Source of the DNA: Octopus vulgaris
Lineage: Eukaryota
Assembly (NCBI GenBank): GCA_951406725.2
Contig: OX597815.1
Coordinates: forward strand, 189,410,001 to 189,474,000
Reading direction: 5' to 3'
DNA length: 64,000 bases
The stretch's first letter is position 1. Every line of letters starts with the position of its first letter. Below the pieces are notes generated by a model, which made no database searches, was not told the origin of the DNA, and worked only from the letters and a program-made list of their open reading frames with translations. A program made the position numbers and the translations under genes. This document shows, in pieces, positions 1-12,542 of this stretch.

Positions 1-960
1 ACGCATGCACACGCGCACACCTACACGCATACACACACACACACGCACGTACACATACATACATACACACACGCATACATACACCCATACACATACATGC
101 ATCCTACACACACATACATACACACTCACACATACATACACACACACGCACTCACTCACACACCTGTATGTTCGCGCACACACATGCACATACACACACT
201 TCCCCACACCCACACGTACATACATACACACTCATACACACATACACACACACACACACACACGGACATACATCTATGCACACACATATATACACACATA
301 CTCACATACATTCATCGGACACACTGCCACCCAGACATACACACAGACACACTCACACATCCACACGCACACATACGTACGCGCACACTCGCAGGCTCGC
401 GCACACACGCGTTTGCGCCGGTTCGCGCACGCATGCGCCCGCATGCACCTCGCCCTTGGATCCGACGAGACCTCCCGCCCGTTCCTGGGATGTCGCGTGT
501 CGTTGGGTTTTCCCACGCCCGTCTCCGCGGGACCACTCCTCCATCTTCCCCTCCGCTGTAGTCCTTTTCCAAACCCCCCCCCTTTTTTTTCGTTACACAC
601 ACGCGCACACATATACACACATTGCTTAAACATATACCTCACTCTTACACACATTCAATCTACTCGCCACTAATACTACCACGACACTGGACACACACAC
701 ACACTACCACTCAACACACGCTGGCACGCTACATACGCCCCCACCCCTTCCCCTCCCTCCCTTCCTCCTTCCTCCCTTTTCTCACTACTGACCTTTGTCT
801 GCTATGCTGCTGCTATGCTGACCACCGTCTCGCCCTACCTCACACGCCTACACACAGACGCACACACTAACACATACATATATTTTTTGTTTTTTTACCT
901 CGCCTCACACACACACATACACACACGCACACGCACACACTCACACATACACACACATCT
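1..960. repeat. Degenerate (CA)n-rich low-complexity tract, possibly low-accuracy sequence at a contig edge
   Basis: Irregular CA/CACA runs. The His/Thr-rich ORFs are translations of the repeat. Confidence 0.8.
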
Positions 961-1039
961 GTTGCGTTACCAACCTTGTCTCCACTCTTTTGCCTTTAAA
1001 AACCCACTTTGCTCTTGTTATCGTAAACATCCGCCTTTC

Positions 1040-1246
1040 ACCATGTGCTTCTGCTAACACCAGCCGTTTTTTTCTCTATCTCCGTTGCCCGCTCCGGGAT
1101 CTTTCTTTCCTCTCTCTTCCTTCTTTATGTTTCCGACGAAGAGCTCCGCTCGAAACGTCATACCTTCCTGCTTCCATTTCCTGAGCGCCTATTAATAATA
1201 ATATAATTGTTCCCTTGTTGTTGTTTTTTTGTTTCCCGTTTGGATT

Positions 1247-1252
<6 letters not shown>
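1040..1252 (+). mobile_element. Short non-autonomous PLE/retrozyme-like element, family A (hammerhead-like core CCGACGA)
   Basis: Near-identical copies at 21006-21136 and 34441-34657, all running into (TA)n. Motif CCGACGA-A-GAGC-tcc-GCTC-GAAA-CGTC at 1133-1159. Confidence 0.7.
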
Positions 1253-1290
<38 letters not shown>

Positions 1291-1482
1291 TTATATATAT
1301 ATATATTTAGGTTTATAGTGAAAGATATTATAGTGTATAGTGGTTATATTCTCTATTAATGACTGTTCTCTTTATCTAATAAAGCTAAAATATAGTCGCA
1401 TAAAAATATATATTATTTGTTATTTATGTTTTGGTTTATGTCTATCACTGTTTGAGTTGCATAATAGTGGTTTTATCTCTAA

Positions 1483-1530
<48 letters not shown>

Positions 1531-1535
<5 letters not shown>

Positions 1536-1923
1536 TGCAGGAGTGGCTGTGTGGTAAGTCACTTGCTTACCAACCACATGGTTCTGGGTTCTGGGTTCAC
1601 TGTGTGGCATCTTGCGCAAGTGTCTTCTACAATAGCCTCGGGCCGACCAAAGCCTTGTAAGTGGATTTGGTAGACGGAAACTGAAAGAAGCCCGTCGTAT
1701 ATATGTATATATATGTATGTGTGTGTGCATGTTTGTGTGTCTGTGTTTGTCCCCCTAGCATTGCTTGACAACCGATGCTGGTGTGTTTACGTCGCCATCA
1801 CTTAGCAGTTTGGCAAAAGAATAAGTACTGGGCTTACAAAGAATAAGTCCTGGGGTCGATTTGTTCGAGTAAAGGTGGTGCTCCAGCATGGCTGCAGGAC
1901 TGAAACAAGTAAAAGAGTAAAAG
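1531..1923 (+). mobile_element. tRNA-derived SINE family 1 (octopus-type, internal (TA)n/(TG)n)
   Basis: A-box-like TGGCTGTGTGG and B-box-like GGTTC head, AAAAGAGT tail, more than 12 copies in the window. Confidence 0.9.
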
Positions 1924-2194
1924 ATATATATATATATATATATGTCTAGAAACTGAGGTTGCAGGTAAGCAAGGGCATGTCCCTTGTAGAAAATTCAGCT
2001 CCCAAAAAGTTTCATGATAGCAAGGGAGAATGGGCACCAGCAAACCCACCCAAAGGTTGGGGTGGGTGGCACCTGCCTGCCTCAGTTGCTATGCTATTGA
2101 GGTAAATCCAGCGATCCCCGTTAATGGGGACAAAACCTGGATTTAAAATACTGGACGATGATGATGATACACACACACACACACACACACACTT

Positions 2195-2227
<33 letters not shown>

Positions 2228-2301
2228 CTTATATCATGCTAGCATGGAAAGTGGACGTAAAACAATGATGATGACGACATGTATGTATGTATATATATAT
2301 G

Positions 2302-2340
<39 letters not shown>

Positions 2341-2341
<1 letters not shown>

Positions 2342-2821
2342 GGTCCCGGGTTGAGTCGGGGTTAACCACAGTAAATAAGGTACTCAATACATAGCAGAGT
2401 AAATTAATTTATTTTATAGAAGGAGCTTCTACAGGACTAGAACTGTTTCATTCAGAAGAAATCATCAGGAAGCTAGGTGACAAGAGTAGTTTTGGCATTT
2501 ATACATTTAGGCAGGTTTAAAGGGGTGGTGGTGGGGGACTTTTTTGGGGTAGGCATGGCGCAAACTATCATTTAAATCCAGGTTTTGTCCCCATTAACGG
2601 GGGTCGCTGGATTTACCTCAATAGCATAGCAACTGAGGCAGGCAGGTACCACTCCCCTAAGAATGATAGTTTGCGCCATGCCTACCCCAAAAAAGTCCCC
2701 CACCACCACCCCTTTAAACCTGCCTAAATGTATTAATGCCAAAACTACTCTTGTCACCTAGCTTCCTGATGATTTCTTCTGAATGAAACAGTTCTAGTCC
2801 TGTAGAAGCTCCTTCTATAAA

Positions 2822-2827
<6 letters not shown>
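2341..2827. mobile_element. Fold-back PLE-terminal-like element: 166-bp inverted arms, each with a hammerhead motif
   Basis: Arms 2407-2572 and 2662-2827 differ at one visible position. CTGATGA...GAAA-CAGTT-C-TAG at 2758-2797 (+) and 2437-2476 (-). Flanked by (TA)n. Confidence 0.75.
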
Positions 2828-2880
<53 letters not shown>

Positions 2881-2881
2881 T

Positions 2882-4560
2882 TAGAGTGGCCCTTAGCAAT
2901 AGGTAATTTTCCCAAAGTTAAAATTTTGCTGTTCCCACCCACCAAATCCCTGTTCCAATAAACAACAAAACAGGGCGCGCAAAATCTCAGCTCAATCAAA
3001 CAACTGTTAGGCGACCCTCAAACGCCTTCAAGCTGGAACATAGTATACACAATGAATAATTCTGTTCAAAAGTGGTAACTTTTCCCCCTTTGCTGACCAT
3101 TTTCTTTTTTCTTCTTAGAGAAATCAATGCAGACACATCCAGGCAATCCCAACAGATGTTTAAAAACATTCTGAATCAAATTTACCAATAGCTAATTTGA
3201 AAAATTCCTGAAATAAGATGAAAAACTTAATAAATATTAGGTTTTCTTAATAAAGCACATAACTCCTTTAAGAGAAATGCTTTTTTGTTTACAACAACAA
3301 TTTCTATAGAATCAAAAACATAATGTGAACACTGAACACTGAATACTCTTTACTCTGCAGCCATGCTGGAGCACCGCCTTTAGTCGAGCAAGTCGACCCC
3401 AGGACTTATTCTTTGTAAGCCTAGTATTTATTCTATCGGTCTCTTTTGCTGAACCGCTAAGTTACGGGGACGCAAACACACCAGCATCTGTTGTCAAGTG
3501 ATGTTGGAGGGACAAACACAGAAACACAAACATACACACACACACACACACACACACATAAATATATATATACATATATATGACGGGCTTCTTTCAGTTT
3601 CCGTCTACCAAATCCACTCACAAGGCTTTGGTCGGCCTGAGGCTATAGTAGAAGACACTTGCCCAAGGTGCCACGCAGCGGGACTGAACCCGGAACCATG
3701 TTGTTTGTAAGCAAGCTACTTACCACACAGCCACTCCTGTGCCTATATTGAACATTATTTTTGCATAAGAAAAGATTTAGAGGCAGTTGTATATGTTTTA
3801 CAGTTTTCGGTAAAGATCTGTAAAGCAAATTGTTTCTCAGTTTCATCTTTTGCGAGAATGTCATTGTAATCCTGAATGAGTTTGACAACTCTCTCTGCAA
3901 CATCATTCACAACAACTGTCTTCTAAAGTTTTTCAAGTCCACTTTTGTAACTAGGATCATCCTTCCATTTTGAAGGGTCTTTGTCAAGGAAATTGATGTT
4001 GATAGAAAATCTCATGAAGAAAGTTTTTGTACCAGGAGTTACAAAAGACGAAAACTTAATGTTTGTAAAGGAAGAAAAGTCATTTTGGTGCAGATTTTTC
4101 CTGTTGATTTTTTTCAATTGATTTTTTTTCAGTTGATTTTTTTTTCTTCCTCTTCTTCTTCACCTTTGTCTGCTTCCATCATAACTTGACATAAAATAAC
4201 AGTGGAGGATTTTGTGTGATGCAGATGTACTGGAGTAGTTAGCATCTGGTCCACCCATGAAAAGAAATCCTTAAAATGGCTGGAAGGGTCCCTACAAGAA
4301 AATGACAGCTCCTATTATCTAAGTATGTAACCTGATTAGCAGTGAAGGTGAGTGTTCTGAAAGTGTAGCAATCAGAGTAAGAACATTATGGAAAAATTTC
4401 CAGAGACTATTGCCTTGGGAAGTGAAGAACTGATTGTATGGTACTTGCAAATGAAGTATGATATTGCTTTGTAGCAATATTGGTCAGGTGTAAAAGCCAT
4501 ATATTTTCTAAAATGTGAGTACGAGGCACGTGGAGTTCCTTTTGTTCACTAAGAGCATAA
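2882..4560 (-). mobile_element. Decayed hAT-like (hATm-type) DNA transposon, 3' part
   Basis: Minus-strand translation FLDKDPSKWKDDPSY...VVVNDVAERVVKLIQDYNDILAKDETEKQFALQ (about 3790-4070) with stops. Terminus TAGAGTGGCCC at 2882. Interrupted by a SINE. Confidence 0.65.
3344..3746 (-). mobile_element. SINE family 1
   Basis: Reverse-complement homology to 1531-1923. Confidence 0.9.
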
Positions 4561-4598
4561 GCAGCTTCAATAAGTAGATGTGTGAGGGCTGGAAAGAA

Positions 4599-4780
4599 AT
4601 CATCATCATCGTTTAACGTCCGCTTTCCATGCTAGCATGGGTTGGACGATTTGACTGAGGTCTGGCAAACCAGATGGCTGCACCAGACTCCAATCTGATC
4701 TGGCAGAGTTTCTACAGCTGGATGCCCTTCCTAACACCAAGATGCCCTTCCTAATGCCAATATGCCCTTCCTAACGCCAA
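4599..4780 (-). mobile_element. RTE LINE 3' end fragment with (GAT)n tail
   Basis: Matches the 3' UTR of the RTE copies at 34671-35943 and 38516-40839. Confidence 0.85.
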
Positions 4781-4789
4781 TCCATGAAA

Positions 4790-6130
4790 TGAGAAATTTG
4801 TGTTCAATGCGTAATATTAGCAAGCATGATCGATGGCACACCAATGAACTGAATAAAAACTGGATAGACAAGAAAACAGCTGGTACAAACTGTGATATGT
4901 ACAGTTGCATAGAGAAGTGCCAAGTGATCAAAGTGAAACAGAGCAACAAAGAGGAAGATAGTGATTTTAGGATTCTAAATATCATGAAGATGATGACAAA
5001 TATGATGCTGTGCTTGACTATGACAAAATTATTTGACTCATAGTCAATTAAGATGAGCTGAAGTGTGTTGACTCTTATACTCTCATGGCTGGAATTTGAT
5101 GTGTTGTCTAGGACTCATGACAGGCTTATCATTCTTCTGACCATCAGTAAGAGGAATAATTTTTGTGAGGAAATCAATATCATTAATATATTGAAACTAC
5201 GATGATGTGTTCATAATCTACGTAACTACTTTTGTTTTATTTGTTTCAACCTTTACAACTAAAACTGTTGAGGACATCTTCAACAATTCCAACACCACCC
5301 CACATCTATTTAAAAAATGTGTTGTTGAATTTAAATGTGTTTTTGCGTCGCTTTCAATATCACTGAAAGGCTGGCATTGACTACGTATGCATTCATAGTT
5401 CTGATCATTATTATTTGAAGGGTAGCATCCGTTCATTATCATCATTTAACGTCCAGCATGGAACACAGACGTTAAATGGTGATGAAGAATGAACGTTGGG
5501 TTAGTTGGAGTAAATCAACATAGACCCTTTGCCCTTCAGGTAATAATGACCAGGAATTAAAAATGTGTATGTAGTCAATGCCAGCCTTTCAGTAATATTG
5601 AAAGAAACTCAGAGACACATTTAAATTCAAAAACACATTTTTTAAAATAGATACAAGATTGTCTTTTTTTTATAATTAATAAGAGAAGTAACATTGAGGG
5701 CTCTGTCAAATTTTGGTTGAGTAATCAGAAATATTTGAAACTCTTGTCTAGACAAGTAGTCCTTACTACAGATCAAAGCAAGGAATGGATTCAGCTCACA
5801 AACATCATTTTAGAATACCGTTTTATTCTTGCAAATTTGGTCTTCAATCAACATCAATGTCACTAGTTGGAAACTGTGATATTACATCCATGCTACCCCC
5901 ATTATACAGTTGAAGAGACAATATTCATAGTTACACTTATTAATCATATACAGGTAGTCTTTCATGTTATCACATAGTGATTATCTATCAACAGACACGG
6001 AATTTACTCGAGAAAATTTGATATTCTACTCTTGTTAACATCATCAGCACTATTGACAGAATGGATGGATAGTCTAGCTTTGTGATCTGGCGAGGCTTTA
6101 TAGTCTTTCATGATGCACTACAAAGGGTCA
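4790..6130 (+). mobile_element. Possible heavily decayed piggyBac-like transposase relic, interrupted
   Basis: Scattered weak motif remnants (e.g. SLVG near 5859) and an AAGGG-TCAA-like end near 6123-6131. Confidence 0.3.
5304..5652. mobile_element. Old fold-back/MITE-like inverted repeat with a central hairpin
   Basis: About 5304-5424 is an imperfect reverse complement of about 5530-5652. Inner hairpin at 5430-5495. Confidence 0.7.
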
Positions 6131-6440
6131 ATGTTAAATTTCATTATGCTTTGCATTTGCTCGTCAATACATAAGCAAGAAACATCTACAAACATAAAAA
6201 AATAAGAACTCCCATAAAAATTATATTACTAATAAATATTAAAAATAATGGTAATAAGTTAAAATAAATGAATATGTAATACAAAGAGTCAATGTTAAAT
6301 TTCATTATGCTTTGCATGTGCTCGGCAATACATAGCAAGCAACATTGACAAACATAAAAAAGAGCACTGCCATAAAAAATATATATTAGTAATAAATATT
6401 AAAAATAATGGTAATAAGTTAAAATAAATGAATATGTAAT
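6127..6440. repeat. Tandem duplication, period about 161 bp
   Basis: GTCAATGTTAAATTTCATTATGC starts at both 6127 and 6288. The copies are diverged. Confidence 0.85.
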
Positions 6441-6949
6441 GTAGACAGAAAAAGCAACATGAAAAACAATATTGAATATAAAGCTGATAATGGAGCCACA
6501 TGTTTAAAATTTGGAAAGCAATAATTTTGTAGAACAACAGACCAAAGATTCTAATAAAAACACAGAAAAGCAGATTTATTCAGAAGCAAAAGAACAACTG
6601 ACTAAAACATGAAATAACAACTGTATATGACTACTTTTTACATTTACACTACAAAATACATTTAACTATAATACATATTTAATAAACTATACATAACAAA
6701 CTAATAGATATTTTTAATAACTACAATTACATATTTGACTGAGATGCTTAAAGGTGAATGTAAGTAAGGAATGAAAAAGAGAGAGAGAGAGAGGGAGAGC
6801 GGGGTGTGTGTGCAAAAATAAATAAAAGAAAGATAAGGAAATGTACAAGACTTATTTCCTTTTTGCTCATAAATCATTTCCAAAGGATGTAGTGGAATTG
6901 TGCTGATGGCTTTGCAGCAGAGACACAAAAACGTTTTGACACTTCATAA

Positions 6950-6969
6950 TTAACTATTTTGAAGTTGTT
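6950..6969 (-). CDS. Candidate terminal coding exon segment (E)QLQNS*
   Basis: Acceptor TTCCTTAACAG (AG at 6971-6970). Phase 1 matches the exon at 7105-7201 across a 135-nt intron. Confidence 0.3.
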
Positions 6970-7104
6970 CTGTTAAGGAACTACACAATTGAGAAATATA
7001 TGAAAGAGAAATGTAACATCTTTTGTATTCCAAAATAACCAACAGAATTCTTTTATGATGTGGATAACTTGTTTCAATTTCCACTTGAACTTAGATCAAG
7101 TCAC

Positions 7105-7201
7105 CTGCCAGTAAAATTCTGAAATATAAGCTTTCCCTATTGTTCCCCTCGTGTGTAATGGAAACATTGTACTCCTGAAAGTCTTCCTGGAATGTAGAGT
7201 T
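7105..7201 (-). CDS. Candidate internal exon, C-terminal half of an Ig-like domain: NSTFQEDFQEYNVSITHEGNNRESLYFRILLA
   Basis: Acceptor TTTGTGTTACAG, donor GCAG|GTGACT, 97 nt open, phase 0 to 1. EDFxxY resembles the Ig D-x-x-x-Y motif. Confidence 0.45.
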
Positions 7202-7341
7202 CTGTAACACAAATCCTATTTTACCATTAAAGTTGATGTGAAATGGATATCATAGAATGGGGACTTGAGTACAAAAGTAAGCTGTTCATTATAAAACTTC
7301 TATGTTAAAACACTCTTTACAGAAACAGGGTTTCTGTATTT

Positions 7342-8080
7342 ATATCAGGCACAGGTATGTCCATGTGGTAAGAAGTTTGCTTCCCAACCACATGGCTCTG
7401 GGTCTGCTCCCACTATTGTGGAACCTTGGACAAGGGTCTTCTACTATAACCCCTGAGTTGACCAAAACCATATGAGGATTTGGTACATGAAAACTGAAAA
7501 AAGCCTGCCTTAAATGTATGTATGTATGTATGTGGAGGCACATGAGCTAGTGGTTAGAGCAGTGGGCTCATGGTCAAGGGATCACGGGTTCGAATCTCAG
7601 ATTGGGTGATGTGTGTGTTTATGAGTGAAACACCTAAACTCCACGTGGCTCTGGCAGAAGGTAATAGCGAACTTCTGCTTACTCTTTCACCACAACTTTC
7701 TCTCACTCTTTCCTCCTGTATCTTGAAGCTCACCTGCGACAGACCAGCATCTCGTCCAGGTGGGGAACCTATACACCAAGGAAACTAGGAAACCAGCCCT
7801 TATGAGCCAGGTGTGACTTGAGAGGGAACAAACAAATGTATGTATGTATGAATGTATGTGGGTGGGTGTCTTGATGTTTGTTTATGCCCCTACTGCTACT
7901 TGACAACCAGTGGTGGTTTGTTTACATCCCTGTAATCCAGTGGTTTGGCAAAAAAGGATTCAGTAAAATAAGTACCAGGTTTTGAAAAGTAGGTACTAGG
8001 GTTGATTTCTTCAGCTAAACCCTTCAAAGTGGTGCTCCAGCATGACTTCAATCCAATAACCGAAACAAGTAAAAATGAAA
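7342..8080 (+). mobile_element. Diverged SINE family 1 copy with a family 2 SINE nested in its internal microsatellite
   Basis: Head about 7342-7510, tail about 7860-8080, insert 7533-7835. Confidence 0.75.
7533..7835 (+). mobile_element. tRNA-derived SINE family 2 (core resembles the MetaSINE/V-type domain)
   Basis: tRNA-like head with AGTGGTTAG and GGTTCGAATC, core CCTGCGAC...CGTCCAGG. Copies at 59395, 62200 and 62691. Confidence 0.85.
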
Positions 8081-8201
8081 AGATACAGAGGCAATTATGC
8101 AGATAGATTAAACATAACAGCTTGGCTTTCATATACGGCGCATATGTATGTATATGTACATGTGTGTTGTGTATGCATGTGTTTGCATGCATGTGTGTGT
8201 G

Positions 8202-8239
<38 letters not shown>

Positions 8240-8410
8240 TGAGAGAGAGAGAGAGAAAGAACGAGAGAGAGAGATAATTGTAAAGCTCTGAAGCACTACT
8301 AATTGTTTTATTCATTAATCTGCATCAAAACTTCCTTTCTTTTATAATTTATTCTTGTGACTAATGTCACAGTCCCAAATTATTTATTATTATTAATATT
8401 ATCTGTAACC

Positions 8411-9035
8411 AAGGCAGTGAGCTGGCAGAATCCTTAGCATGCCGGGTGAAATGCTTAGCAGTATTATGTCTACCGCAACATTCTGAGTTCAAATTCCATC
8501 GCGGTCAACTTTGCTTTTCATCCTTTTGAGGTCGATAAATTAAGTATCAGTTGCATACTGGGGTTGATCTAATCGACTGACCCTCCTCCCCAAAAATTTT
8601 GTGCCTTGTGCCTAGAGTAGAAAAGAATAATCTTAAAGATGGTGAGCTGACAGAAATGTTAGCACGCCGGATGAAATGCTTAGCGGTATTTCATCTATCT
8701 TTAAGTTCTGAGTTAAAATTCCACCGAGGTCGACTTTGCCTTTCATCCTTTCGGGGTCGATTAAATAAGTACCAGTTACGTACTGAGGTCGATATAATCG
8801 ACTTAATCCGTTTGTCTGTCCTTGTTTGTCCTCTCTGTGTTTAGCCCCTTGTAGGTAGTAAAGAAATAGGTATTTCATCTGTCTATGTTCTGAGTTAAAA
8901 TTCCGCAGAGGTTGACTTTGTCATTCGTCCTTTCACCTTCGATAAATTAAGTACCAGTTGTGTACTGGGTTCGACCCAATCGACTGGTCCTCACCCACCA
9001 AAATTTGGAGCCTTTTGCCTAGAGTAGAAAAGAAT
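8411..9035 (+). mobile_element. SINE family 3, two adjacent copies with internal tandem units
   Basis: Heads GAGCTG(G/A)CAGAA...GAGTT(C/A)AAATTCC and a repeated core TTTCATCCTTTCGGGGTCGA...AAGTACCAG. Confidence 0.85.
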
Positions 9036-10107
9036 ATATATGTATACATATAATGAATTTCTTTCAGGTTTCATCTACCAAATCCATTCACAAAACCTTG
9101 GTCAACCTGAGGTTATGGTAGAAGACAGTCACCCAATTTACCATACTGTGAGACTGAAACCAGAACCATGTGGTCGATGCTCTAACCACTGAGCCATGCA
9201 CCTTCACTATATATATATATTTGTTTGTATTCATAATTGTGTACCATGTTCTCCGTTTTTCTTTGTTTGTTTTTTTTTTGTCTTTATTGCCTTACACATT
9301 TGTGAGCTTTCTTACAAAGGGGCTTAATGCTCTTAGCTTAGATGTTTTTAGGGGCAAGCAGATCGAAACATCTCAAGTGTAACTGCCTGAAATGGTTGTG
9401 ACTTCTGGGACTTGGCTGAAGAAAAAAAGCCATGAATGACCCGTCTTTTTTTTGCCTCTCCTTTTAATTGTTGTTTCTCTTGTCTGCCTTTGTAACTGTC
9501 CAAATGTTTTAATGTCCTGTAATGCATTTTCGTTCCATTTTCATATTTATATATATGTATATATATACACACACACATATATATATATATATGCATTTAT
9601 GCATATATATTGAAGTATTTTATCTGGGGAAGTTTTGTACAATGGATGAATTTCCGGTTATATAGTGTACAGACCTAAAACGTACATATTAAATGAGTTT
9701 AAAATATCAGTGTTTGGTTTGACTTCCTTGGTACAATATACGTGACTTGATGCCAGTACAAACGAGCCAGTCCAGATTCTAGCTATATGGACATACTAAT
9801 GACAATTCAGAGAAGTTTGTTATAATTGTCAAAAATTCAGTACCAGTTGCATACCGGGGTCGATCTAATCAACTGCCCCCTCCCCCAAAATTCTGGGCCT
9901 TGTGTCTAGAGTAGAATAGACGATGAGCTGTGTGTGTGTGAACATTTGGTAAAATAGCAGCTGTGGTATAACAACAGCAGTTGTGCATATGGTAAAAGAG
10001 CCCACACATTTCATTGGCTAACCACTGGACCATGGATGTAATTACCAAATTGTAATGAAAAAGAGATAACTGTAAGTGAGTGGCAAACAAAATCAATACA
10101 TGTGATG

Positions 10108-10138
<31 letters not shown>

Positions 10139-10856
10139 TTGACCTGTTAAATAAATAAATTGAAAATGGTATAAGAAAAAGTTGATGAATAACAATCCAG
10201 CACAATTCTGTGGGGGACGTTTGATTAACACAAATAGTTGTGATGGGGGTATCTGCTATCTGTGGAAACAAATCATGGTGGGGTGAGTTCCTAAGAGTTG
10301 ATGAAAAATTATTAAAATGTACAGAGATTAAATTAATAGCTAACTAACCGGGTATGCAATAATTATCTAAATAAATCAATAGTTAATTAAATGATTAAGC
10401 AAATAGATTAATTAAATAAGTAGAGAGTTGAGTAAAACTCTATTATGTTTTGTTGCTTAAATATTTGGTTAACAATTAGCAATTTATTAATTAATAAAAG
10501 AAGAATTAAAAAAAATAAAAATACAGGATAAGATAAGGAATATTTATGTAAAATATAGTGTGAAGATATAGGGCAGGGAGGGTTATACCAAGACAACAGG
10601 TTGTAGAAGTCGTAAGATAGTAATGTTGGAATAAAGGAGGTGTCACATGGTGATTCATGATACAAAATTAGGCTTAATTATTTGTGTAACCAAATGTTAA
10701 TTTTTCCCCATAGAAGCCCACAGTAGTTCTGATATACAAATGATTTAAGAGCAAGAACAACACTAGTTGAAGATAATTGTCGTTTAGTTGGAATCACTGG
10801 AAATGGACCTATTGCAGTGTCTTTGCAGTGTCTAGAGTGGCTCTTGCAATATGGGC

Positions 10857-11081
10857 TTAACCCTTTCATTACCAACCTGGCCGAAACCAGCTCTGGATCT
10901 GAGTACAAATGTCTTGTTTTCAAAAGTTTTGAATTAAAATCTTCCACCAAACCTTAGTCACAATTTATGTTCCTAACACTTGCTGAATGATAACCAATTA
11001 TTTTACTAAATTCTTTGTTATATTTAAAATAATTGAAAGAAACAGAGTTTCTCAAAATAAATACAGTAACGAAAAGGTTAA
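10857..11081. mobile_element. piggyBac-type MITE (TTAA-flanked)
   Basis: TTAA-CCCTTTC...GAAAAGG-TTAA. Homologous to 44797-45027 and 52288-52977. Confidence 0.85.
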
Positions 11082-11339
11082 AATTCTGGATGACAAATAG
11101 CTGCACATTTGGATGCAAGAGTGCTTGAATATTCAAAGTGATCCCAGCTATTGGTCAAGAGTGTATCATTTAAACATTTAACAAGTGTAAAAATTCAGCT
11201 AAGATATCATCTATGCAGCCTGTGGATTCAGGTGTAAGTCTCATAGAGTTGATGGTAAACATGATGAATTAAGTGTCTACTGTTCTCACTATCATGACCT
11301 TGTACATTCAGGACCTCAGTGTGAGCATACATATCTGAA

Positions 11340-11572
11340 ATATCTATTTCTTTACTGACCACAAGGGGCTAAACACAGAGGGTAAAACAATGACAGACAA
11401 ATGGATTAAGTCGATTACACCGACCTCAGTGCATAACGGGTACTTATTTAATTGACCCCAAAAGGATGAAAGGCAAAGTCGACCTCAGCAGAATTTGAAC
11501 TCAGAACGTAACGGCAGACGAAATACGGCTGCGCATTTCGCCCGGCGTGCTAACGTTTCTGCTAGCTTGCAA
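11340..11572 (-). mobile_element. SINE family 3
   Basis: Reverse-complement homology to 8635-8880. Confidence 0.85.
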
Positions 11573-12140
11573 AGGTAAGTTTATTGAAAGAAATAGGCAA
11601 AACTATGGTTGGGTCCTGTTCTTTGGGTTTACTAGCAAAAGTACTTGGGTGCTGGAAACAGACCTGGATGCTGGTTAAACTATTTACCACTGAAATTAAT
11701 AATCTGCATATGGATCTCAGTTTAAGACTTTGAAAATACTGTGTTGATTCAAGCTGAAGGCATCTTTTTATTAATGGAAGTTGTATCCTCTGTTCTACAT
11801 GAAACTAATCCACTGGTTGACTCAGTAAGTTATAAAATTCAAAGGCCCTCATCAACTATAGGGTGTGCATGTATTATCAAAAATTTTATTGTGTGTATCT
11901 TGCTGCATCTGCTTGTAAAATATCCACCCATATGTGGCTGATCCATGCAGTGAATAGGAGAACGCAGAGGAAATAGACAAAGTATTTTGCTTCAACATCT
12001 GCATGCAACTGATATACTTATAAGCAATTGAGCCATTCAGTAAAGGTAATTCTGATTGCAATGCTAATATTAAGAACATTATATTATACAAACTAGCCAT
12101 ACCTTCTGAGGTTGATCGTTCTTGCAGAGACACCACTACA

Positions 12141-12542
12141 TACTCTTTTACTTGTTTCAGTCATTTGACTGCGGCCATGCTGAAGCACCGCCTTTAGTCG
12201 AGTAAATCGATTCCAGGACTTATTCTTTGTAAGCCTAGTACTTATTCTATCAGTCTCTTTTGCCGAACCGCTAAGTTACAGGGACGTAAACACACCAGCA
12301 TCAGTTGTCAAGCGATGTTGGGGGGACAAACACAGACACATAAACATATACACACACACACATATATTTACATATACGACAGGCTTCTTTCAGTTTCCGT
12401 CTACCAAATCCACTCATGAGGCTTTGGTCGGCATGAGGCTATAGTAGAAGACACTTGCCCAAGGTGCCATGCAGTGGGACTAAACCCGGAACCATGTGGC
12501 TGGTAAGCAAGCTACTTACCACACAGCCACTCCTGCGCCTAT
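12141..12542 (-). mobile_element. SINE family 1, full length
   Basis: Homology to 1531-1923. Confidence 0.9.

Noticed and set aside
5-673. Long His/Thr-rich ORFs
   Set aside because: They are translations of degenerate (CA)n and the region looks low quality. The CCGACGAGACCTCCCGCCCG at about 462-481 may be a corrupted family A copy but is too noisy to call.
9660-9782. Minus-strand open frame RIWTGSFVLASSHVYCTKE after a TAG acceptor
   Set aside because: No convincing donor in the needed phase and no recognisable motif.
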